Of a stretch of DNA of 64,000 bases, positions 40,486 through 47,640 are shown piece by piece. The stretch spans positions 9,050 through 73,049 of the forward strand of contig JBAZTZ010000009.1 of the NCBI GenBank assembly GCA_041661705.1. The letters are read 5' to 3'. Positions within the stretch are counted from its first letter, which is position 1; every line of letters starts with the position of its first letter. A model generated the notes under the pieces. The model was not told the origin of the DNA. It ran no database searches and saw nothing but the letters and a program-made list of their open reading frames with translations. Source of the stretch: Sulfuricurvum sp. Lineage in GTDB: Bacteria > Campylobacterota > Campylobacteria > Campylobacterales > Sulfurimonadaceae. Made by a program: the position numbers and the translations under genes.

Positions 40486-40640
40486 AATTTTCTCTCTTTA
40501 AGTGTTAACCGTATATTCCGAATCATTAATGCAATGAAAAACAATCCAATGCCCCCACTGCTCAAAGCCAATGGGAAATTACCCTTCAAGAAAAAGCTAA
40601 CCGAAAATATAAGGGAAAATATGGCAATAATTAGACACAT
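40482..40640 (-). CDS. Unannotated 52-aa two-TM small membrane protein
   Basis: Translated by hand: MCLIIAIFSLIFSVSFFLKGNFPLALSSGGIGLFFIALMIRNIRLTLKERKL. Starts inside the recN 3' end, stops in an ATGA overlap with tatD and fills the whole gap. Confidence 0.7.
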   Translation of the reverse strand: MCLIIAIFSLIFSVSFFLKGNFPLALSSGGIGLFFIALMIRNIRLTLKERKL

Positions 40641-42169
40641 TGTGCACGCTCAAACAAATCTCGTGCGAACCCTCGTGCCTCATCACTGACACTCTCACCA
40701 CTGATAATACGGGCTATTTCTTCTATACGTTCCTCTTCATTGAGTTCACGAACGCGACTTTCGTCGTCTTTGTAGATCAAAAAGTGTTGATCCCCCATTG
40801 AAGTAAGTTGCGGTTGGTGAGAGATAACAAAAATCTGATAGTGGGTGGAGAGATGGCGTAATACTTTAGCGACGCTCATGGACTCCTCTCCACTGAGGTT
40901 GGCATCGATTTCATCGAGCATTAACACCCGCCCACTATGCTCCATACTCTCAACTCTCAAAGCTAATAACGCCAAACGAAGGCGATTAAACTCACCCGAA
41001 CTAAGCTTCTCTAATCTTGTCCCTTCTAATCCCAATACGACACGATCTGTTCCCAGTGAATGATGTTCAATCGTTTCAAGTTGTAGAGTAGCGGGACGTA
41101 AATAAAGCATAGATAAATAATTATTAAGCCGTTCAAGGGTAATAGCTATTTCATTATTTCGTGCCAAGCTGAGTTGTGAAGAGAGCTCGCTAAGTTGTGA
41201 TTGATGCACTTGAATCTTCTTCGTAAGCTCTGTTTTTGAGTGTTCTATCGTCTCATAAGCTTCTAGCTCTTTTACTTTTTGATCTCGGTATTCCAAAGCC
41301 TCTTCAATCCCACCATAACGCCGTTTGAGCTCGCTCAAGCTCTCAATACGGTTAAGAATATCTTCGACAGAGACTTCTTCAAGCAACTCCATTTTTTCAA
41401 GCGATGTTTCAAAAACATTTCGTAGCTCATTCATCGCATCATCGAAGAATCCACTCTCAATGTCTAAAAGAGAAAGTACATTGTTGACCTGATTTTCATA
41501 CGAGAAAATAGCATCCGAGCTTTTGATCGCTTCAGTAATTTTTTCTTTTTTGGAAAGCTGTTTTTTGATAATTTGAAGTTCTTCGTCTTCACCAATAGTT
41601 GGTTTAATCGAATCAATTTTGGCTATCTCATACGCTGCGAACTCTTTGAGTTCTGTGAGTTTTTTCTCTTGTTCTTCAATGGTGTTTAATTCATTGACGA
41701 GAATTTTAGTCTCTCCAAATATTTTTTTATGGGCATTAAGCCATTCTTGATGCTGCTTATCTTCAAGAAAAATACGTTCATCCAATAATCCAAGCAACGC
41801 AGCTGAATCAAAATCACTGTAATCTTTGAGACTGAGATGGCGCAGATGCCCTGAACTGATTGTTTCCATTGACGATTTTGAGGTGCGTTGATTATTGATG
41901 AAAAAGGAAGCTTTCTCTTTTTTGACATGGCGAAAAATATTGGGAAATTCATTGCTAATACCGTAACACTCTTCATCAATTTTCCATGCGACGGAGGACT
42001 CACATACAGAGGCATCAACGCTATCAAGTCCAAGAGAAGCTAATAGAGAACGCATCAAAATCGATTTACCGCTGCCGCTTGGACCCGTAAAAACAATTAA
42101 TCCTGCTTTAAACTCAAGTTCAGCTTCTTTGAAACTCAAATATTCTTTGAGATAAAATCGTTCAATCAC
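40631..42169 (-). CDS. recN: DNA repair protein RecN
   Basis: GPSGSGKS Walker A, coiled coil, LSSGEFNR signature, LDEIDANLSGEE, ISHQPQL. Confidence 0.94.
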   Translation of the reverse strand: MIERFYLKEYLSFKEAELEFKAGLIVFTGPSGSGKSILMRSLLASLGLDSVDASVCESSVAWKIDEECYGISNEFPNIFRHVKKEKASFFINNQRTSKSSMETISSGHLRHLSLKDYSDFDSAALLGLLDERIFLEDKQHQEWLNAHKKIFGETKILVNELNTIEEQEKKLTELKEFAAYEIAKIDSIKPTIGEDEELQIIKKQLSKKEKITEAIKSSDAIFSYENQVNNVLSLLDIESGFFDDAMNELRNVFETSLEKMELLEEVSVEDILNRIESLSELKRRYGGIEEALEYRDQKVKELEAYETIEHSKTELTKKIQVHQSQLSELSSQLSLARNNEIAITLERLNNYLSMLYLRPATLQLETIEHHSLGTDRVVLGLEGTRLEKLSSGEFNRLRLALLALRVESMEHSGRVLMLDEIDANLSGEESMSVAKVLRHLSTHYQIFVISHQPQLTSMGDQHFLIYKDDESRVRELNEEERIEEIARIISGESVSDEARGFARDLFERAQCV

Positions 42170-42172
42170 CTC

Positions 42173-43027
42173 TTAATCCCCCCACCCTAATTTCTCTCTC
42201 AAAACATCAAAGTAATTAAACTCACAGCGATGAATGAGATGGGCACCCCCCTCGGCTAGTTTGATATGTACCGTATCGCTGTCAGTGATTTCCACCATAT
42301 CCTGACCATCAACAATGAGAAGAGCACTCGCATCGGGTGTTTTAATCTCTATCTCAAAATGCCCGGGTAAAACTACGGGGCGTTGAGTCAGAGAATGGGG
42401 ACAAATAGGGGTGAGGGCAAAAACGTTGGTATGGGGAAATAACACAGGTCCCCCTGCCGATAGATTATAAGCAGTAGAACCCGTAGGAGTAGATATAACG
42501 ACTCCATCGCCGTAATAAGTGTTAAAATTTTTCCCATCGACATACGTCTCAAGACGGATCATTTTCGAGATAGAGGGGCGTGTTACGACAATATCATTAA
42601 AAGCAAAAACTTTATTCTCACCATATTTCGTTACAATCGTCGCTTGAAGCATTGCCCTTTTATCTATTCGGTACTCACCACGTTTAAGTTTATCGACAAA
42701 AGATTCCAGTTCACTGAAATCCAAATCAGCTAAAAATCCCAATTTCCCCGCATGAATACCAAGCACCGGAAGCTGATAAGCGTACGAACGACGAACAGCA
42801 GAGATAAGGGTTCCATCACCACCAATAGTAACCAAGAAATCGCTGTTTTGACACAACATTTCAAAAGGCTGTCCCATCACATCTATCATTCCACCACTGA
42901 TATGATCAATGCCTACTTCGATTCCTCGGGATTCAAAAATCCGCTTTGCTTCTAAAAACATCTCTTTTAGCTCAGGGGTTGAGGGACGTAAAATAATTCC
43001 GATACGGTTAATAGACTCTAATTTCAC
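42173..43027 (-). CDS. nadK: NAD kinase
   Basis: GGDGT, GKLGFL, FND, DGVVISTPTGSTAYNLSAGGP. Confidence 0.97.
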   Translation of the reverse strand: MKLESINRIGIILRPSTPELKEMFLEAKRIFESRGIEVGIDHISGGMIDVMGQPFEMLCQNSDFLVTIGGDGTLISAVRRSYAYQLPVLGIHAGKLGFLADLDFSELESFVDKLKRGEYRIDKRAMLQATIVTKYGENKVFAFNDIVVTRPSISKMIRLETYVDGKNFNTYYGDGVVISTPTGSTAYNLSAGGPVLFPHTNVFALTPICPHSLTQRPVVLPGHFEIEIKTPDASALLIVDGQDMVEITDSDTVHIKLAEGGAHLIHRCEFNYFDVLREKLGWGD

Positions 43028-43060
43028 TTTAGTTTCTCGTTATTCAATGATTTTGAAACT

Positions 43061-43066
43061 ATTATA
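43061..43066 (-). promoter_or_regulatory. Candidate -10 box (TATAAT) for the nadK-recN operon
   Basis: Exact TATAAT about 34 bp upstream of the GTG start. Confidence 0.45.
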
Positions 43067-43105
43067 TCTAACTCTTTTAATTAGAGATAAATATGTGGCA
43101 TTTTG

Positions 43106-43705
43106 TCATTTTATTGCTGTAACAACGAAAATAGGATAGGTTCCATTTTCTCGCACCACCTGATACGCCTCGTGAAAACGGACGTTTTGGAAACCAATTT
43201 CTTCCAAAGTTTTGCGCAGCGTGTCCCGATTAAAACCAAAATGGTGCACCCCTTCGTTTCCGTGAGTATGAAACGATCCGTCTTCCTCTTCCAAATCAGC
43301 AATAGCAATAAAACCATCTTTTTTTAAGTGCGCATAAAATTCGCGGAATAAATGCGCTGTATCTTCAACATGGTGAATTGCCATCGAGCTGACAATACCG
43401 TTAAATTCGTACCCTATTGAAGAGGAAAGAATATCGTGATACAGTGCTTCAACGCTTAATTCCTCCGTATTTTTTGCTTCCAGTTGCTCCAACATTTTTT
43501 CAGAAAGATCCACGCCGACGACGGAACCTACCATCGGAGCAATTTTAAAACTCAACAGCCCCGTCCCTGCTCCAAAATCCATAATTTTCATGCTCGGTTG
43601 TAAGGCTATTCGACTCACGATGGTTTGAAAGACAGCGTCCGCAATGTTTTGACGAATATCCCCTTTATCCCATCCTGCTGCAGCTGTATTAAAACGTTCG
43701 CTCAT
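43106..43705 (-). CDS. Class I SAM-dependent methyltransferase
   Basis: MDFGAGTG motif I, GVDLSEKML, SSMAIHHV, GFIAIADL. Confidence 0.92.
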   Translation of the reverse strand: MSERFNTAAAGWDKGDIRQNIADAVFQTIVSRIALQPSMKIMDFGAGTGLLSFKIAPMVGSVVGVDLSEKMLEQLEAKNTEELSVEALYHDILSSSIGYEFNGIVSSMAIHHVEDTAHLFREFYAHLKKDGFIAIADLEEEDGSFHTHGNEGVHHFGFNRDTLRKTLEEIGFQNVRFHEAYQVVRENGTYPIFVVTAIK

Positions 43706-43821
43706 ATTGACTCGCTCCTTGAAAATTCTTCTTTGACGACACCATCGTCTATGCGCAGTATTCTATCCAACAAAGGTAACATCTGTCGCCCTTTATGAGT
43801 AATTTATAAGAGAAAATAATG

Positions 43822-43827
43822 TATAAT
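43822..43827 (+). promoter_or_regulatory. Candidate -10 box (TATAAT) for pgaBCD
   Basis: Exact TATAAT 33 bp upstream of the pgaB ATG in a very AT-rich stretch. Confidence 0.45.
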
Positions 43828-43860
43828 ATTCCTTAAATTTTAAAATAAAGTGCTCTAATT

Positions 43861-45894
43861 ATGATTAAATCAAGAAGAATAAAAAGTGGATATAAAATAC
43901 TCAAACTCGTAGTAGCATTCATAGCAATTACAAGTAATTACCTTATGGCAAATGACTTACCCAATGTCTGTAGTCGGGATCAAAATCCCAATGAATTTAC
44001 AATTCTGAGCTATCATGAAATAGCCAATAAAAGTGAGACATTGGATTCAACGTATGCGGTGACCCCAGCGAACTTTGATCAACAGATGCAGTGGCTAATA
44101 GATAATGGGTATCACTTTGTTGGTATAAATGATATTTTAAAGTATCGCAAAAGTGCAAAACCATTGCCAAATAAAGCAGTTCTAATTACCTTTGATGATG
44201 GGTATGAATCTGTTTATACGAATGCTTATCCTGTTTTGAAAAAATACAAAATTCCAACTGTCATTGCGCTCGTTGGGAATTGGATGAAAGCCAAAGATAA
44301 GGTCGATTTCGATGGACATCTGATTGATCGTAACAAATTTTTGAGTCAAGCTCAGATCAAGGAGATGGTCAGTAGCGGTCTTGTAGAAATTGCCAGCCAC
44401 AGCTGTGCTATGCACAAAGGTATCCCCGGAAATCCTCAAGGCAGTATGGAGCCCGCTCTTACCACTCGCCAATGGCTTGCTGATAAAAAAGGGTATGAGG
44501 ATGAAAAAACATATCAACAGCGAGTTTACAATGATCTATTGGAAAATAATACTTTTTTGAAACGCTATACAGGGCAACAACCCCGTGTCATGGTGTGGCC
44601 GTATGGACGTTATAATATTGAGGTTCGTAAAATTGCAGAGCGGTTAGGAATGAGTATCGGATTAACATTGGACGATGGTAGCAATACACGCACTACACCT
44701 TTATGGGGGGCTCGACGTATATTAGTAGAGGGTCAAATGACTCTTCAGGATTTGGATTTTCTTATGCGAATGCGAAGTGGTAATTTCACCGATGATGCGA
44801 GGACAACCAAAGCAGCTCATATCGACTTAGATTATATTTATGATCAAGATCCAGTCCAGCAGGAAAAAAATATCGGATTACTCCTTGATCGCCTCAAAAA
44901 ATTGGGGGTTAATACCGTTTATTTACAAGCTTTTGCTGACCCTGATGCCAATGGCGCAGCGGATTATGTCTATTTTCCAAACCGAAATATACCAATGCGT
45001 TCAAATCTCTTTAACCGAGTTTCATGGCAAATTGCCAAATGTACGCAGGTCAAGCGTGTTTATGCGTGGATGCCAATGCTTGCTTGGGAATTACCACAAA
45101 GCAATATGGCTTCCAAAGAGACGGTAGTGACATTGCAAGTTGATCCGACTCATCTTAATATGGGGTATCCAAGATTATCCCCTTTTTCACCCAAAGCTCG
45201 AAAAATTATTAAAGAAATTTATGAAGATTTGTCAAAATCAGCCTATATTGACGGAATCTTGTTTCATGACGATATAACACTGTCAGATTTTGAAGATGAC
45301 AGTACATTTGCGCATACTCAATATAAAAAGTGGGGATTGCCAGAAGATGTTATTAAAATCAGAACGGATCGAAAACAATTTAATAAATGGACTAAACTAA
45401 AAACACGTTATTTAGATGATTTTGCGATGGAATTAGCTCAAATTGTAAGAGATGAACAACCAGGACTCAAAACAGCCCGTAATTTATATGCACAAGTTGC
45501 TTTAAATAAGGATTCAGAAGAGTGGTATGCGCAAAGTTTGCAGGAATCAATAAAAAATTATGATTACACCGCAATTATGGCAATGCCGTATATGGAACAA
45601 GCTGGTGATCCAGAGCACTTTTTAGGTGAAATAGTTAAACATGTCAAACAAGAACAATGTGGGCTTGAACGTACCGTAATCGAGTTACAAACAGTAAATT
45701 GGAGAGAAAACAATGAACCGATTTCTTCCAAAGAATTGGATAGTACCATACGATATTTATATGGCTTAGGTGTTCATCACATTGCATATTATCCCGACAG
45801 TGTGTTTACCAATAATCCTGATGCCAATATGATGAATGAAGCGTTTACTCAAAAACCAGTGCGTATGCATCTGAATACCATCTTTAATAAATAA
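43861..45894 (+). CDS. pgaB: PNAG N-deacetylase/glycoside hydrolase PgaB (CE4 + GH153)
   Basis: LSYHEI, ITFDDGY, IASHS..MH, VWPYG, HIDLDYIYD, VYLQAFADPD, GILFHDD, KTARN, IMAMPYME, ELQTVNW. Confidence 0.95.
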   Translation: MIKSRRIKSGYKILKLVVAFIAITSNYLMANDLPNVCSRDQNPNEFTILSYHEIANKSETLDSTYAVTPANFDQQMQWLIDNGYHFVGINDILKYRKSAKPLPNKAVLITFDDGYESVYTNAYPVLKKYKIPTVIALVGNWMKAKDKVDFDGHLIDRNKFLSQAQIKEMVSSGLVEIASHSCAMHKGIPGNPQGSMEPALTTRQWLADKKGYEDEKTYQQRVYNDLLENNTFLKRYTGQQPRVMVWPYGRYNIEVRKIAERLGMSIGLTLDDGSNTRTTPLWGARRILVEGQMTLQDLDFLMRMRSGNFTDDARTTKAAHIDLDYIYDQDPVQQEKNIGLLLDRLKKLGVNTVYLQAFADPDANGAADYVYFPNRNIPMRSNLFNRVSWQIAKCTQVKRVYAWMPMLAWELPQSNMASKETVVTLQVDPTHLNMGYPRLSPFSPKARKIIKEIYEDLSKSAYIDGILFHDDITLSDFEDDSTFAHTQYKKWGLPEDVIKIRTDRKQFNKWTKLKTRYLDDFAMELAQIVRDEQPGLKTARNLYAQVALNKDSEEWYAQSLQESIKNYDYTAIMAMPYMEQAGDPEHFLGEIVKHVKQEQCGLERTVIELQTVNWRENNEPISSKELDSTIRYLYGLGVHHIAYYPDSVFTNNPDANMMNEAFTQKPVRMHLNTIFNK

Positions 45895-45903
45895 GAAGAA
45901 TCA

Positions 45904-47196
45904 ATGACGACTTTCACTATATTTTTGCATTTAGTATGGCATACACTCTTAGGTTTTATATTTTATTATCCACTTTTTATGTCAAGCTTGTGGATAGTAG
46001 GAGCGATCTTTTTTTATTTCAAAAATGAAAAGCCATATTCTAAATATACTATTCCACCCCTTAGAGGCAATGAACGTTGGGAGGGAGTTAGTATTTTAAT
46101 CCCTTGTTACAATGAAGGGCAAAATGCTATCGAAACCATTTCGTATGCGCTTAATGTTGACTACCCTGAATTTGAAGTCATTGCCATTAACGATGGTAGT
46201 AGTGACGATACACTGGAAATATTGGTCAATTTAGCAAAAAACAACCCTAATTTAAAAGTCGTTAATTTAGCTGAAAATCAGGGCAAAGCTTTGGGTCTTC
46301 AAGCTGGCGCATTATTGGCAAAGTATGAATACTTAGTATGTATTGATGGAGATGCCTTAATCGATAAAAATTGTGTTCATTGGATGGTAAAACATTTTAT
46401 CCGCTACCCCGAAGTTGCTGCCGTTACAGGGAATCCACGGATACGAAATCGCACGACGTTATTAGGGAAAATTCAAGTAGGTGAGTTTTCTTCTATCGTT
46501 GGTATGATTAAACGGGCACAGCGTAGTTTTGGACGGATATTTACTGTATCAGGGGTAATTACAGGATTTAGAAAAGCTGCGGTACACGAAGTGGGCTATT
46601 GGAGCCCCGATATGCTGACGGAAGATATTGATATTACTTGGAAGTTACAAAGCAACGGATGGGATGTTCGGTTTGAGCCTCGTGCTTTGGTATGGATATT
46701 GATGCCTGAAACATTGAGCGGACTATGGAAACAGCGTTTACGTTGGGCTATGGGTGGCGTTCAAGTAATGCTTAAAAATTTCAAAGTTTTATTTATGCCT
46801 AGACAAACGCATCTTTGGGGATTAATGGTTGAACTTATGTTAAGTACTCTATGGGCGTATAGTATGGTATTAGTATTTTTAGTCTGGTTTATTAGTCTAT
46901 TTGTTCCTCTTGGGTATTTAACGCCCGATCATTCCCCTATTCTCCCAGATCAAAGTAGTATTATTTTAATCGGTGCGTGTTTGGTGCAGTTTGGTGTTAG
47001 TAAATGGTTGGATGGTCACTATGATCAAGGTTTGGGAAAAAATTATTTTTGGATGATTTGGTATCCATTTGCTTATTGGTTGCTTAATTTATTTACCGCT
47101 GTAACCGCTCTTCCTAAGGTATTATTCGGTAAAAAAGGTCGTGCACGATGGGTTAGCCCTGACCGTGGTGCGCATCAAGAGATCAAAAAAGGTTAA
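45904..47196 (+). CDS. pgaC: PNAG synthase PgaC (GT2)
   Basis: IPCYNE, NDGSSD, DGD, TGNPRIRNR, TED, QRLRW, RARWVSPDRG and terminal TM helices. Confidence 0.96.
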   Translation: MTTFTIFLHLVWHTLLGFIFYYPLFMSSLWIVGAIFFYFKNEKPYSKYTIPPLRGNERWEGVSILIPCYNEGQNAIETISYALNVDYPEFEVIAINDGSSDDTLEILVNLAKNNPNLKVVNLAENQGKALGLQAGALLAKYEYLVCIDGDALIDKNCVHWMVKHFIRYPEVAAVTGNPRIRNRTTLLGKIQVGEFSSIVGMIKRAQRSFGRIFTVSGVITGFRKAAVHEVGYWSPDMLTEDIDITWKLQSNGWDVRFEPRALVWILMPETLSGLWKQRLRWAMGGVQVMLKNFKVLFMPRQTHLWGLMVELMLSTLWAYSMVLVFLVWFISLFVPLGYLTPDHSPILPDQSSIILIGACLVQFGVSKWLDGHYDQGLGKNYFWMIWYPFAYWLLNLFTAVTALPKVLFGKKGRARWVSPDRGAHQEIKKG

Positions 47197-47200
47197 GAAA

Positions 47201-47629
47201 ATGGAAACATTGATTATTAATAAACGCCGTGAGCTACCTAAAGCCAAACGGATAATTTGGGACATAATAACTATTTTACTCTGGTTAGGATTTTTCTATT
47301 TATGGAAACCTGTATTTCATGTATTTTATCGAATCATTACATTAGGTGCACCCGTAGAAGAGTTGTCCGATTGGATTTTTGGCGAAATTCACAGCGTCAC
47401 TTTCGAGAATGCACTCTATACGTTAATTGCAACGCCTATTGTATTATTTGTCTTGTCAAGACTAAATAGACACCAAGCCCCAAGTGAACATTTAATTTAT
47501 CATTCAACCGATTATTCAAATCATTTTAATGTCGACGATGCTCAATTGCAGCAGTGCGTAAGTAGCCAATTAATTACGGTTTACTTTGATGACCATGGGC
47601 ATATCATACGCCTAGAGAATCAAATCTAA
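47201..47629 (+). CDS. pgaD: PNAG biosynthesis protein PgaD
   Basis: Small two-TM protein directly after pgaC, with the C-terminal V.FDDHG.I pattern. Start placed at ATG 47201. Confidence 0.8.
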   Translation: METLIINKRRELPKAKRIIWDIITILLWLGFFYLWKPVFHVFYRIITLGAPVEELSDWIFGEIHSVTFENALYTLIATPIVLFVLSRLNRHQAPSEHLIYHSTDYSNHFNVDDAQLQQCVSSQLITVYFDDHGHIIRLENQI

Positions 47630-47640
47630 GGGAATACTAG

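Noticed and set aside
40369-40689. Plus-strand 106-aa ORF spanning the tatD-recN gap
   Set aside because: It is antisense to tatD and recN. The minus-strand 52-aa ORF with coupled overlaps explains the gap better.
43735-43749. Hairpin GACGATGGTGTCGTC in the methyltransferase leader, resembling the 5' part of a fluoride (crcB) riboswitch
   Set aside because: The downstream pseudoknot partner (a TGAYRCC-type segment) is absent before the start codon, and the stem is only 5 bp. It does not fit SAM riboswitch patterns I know either. An Infernal/Rfam scan would settle it.
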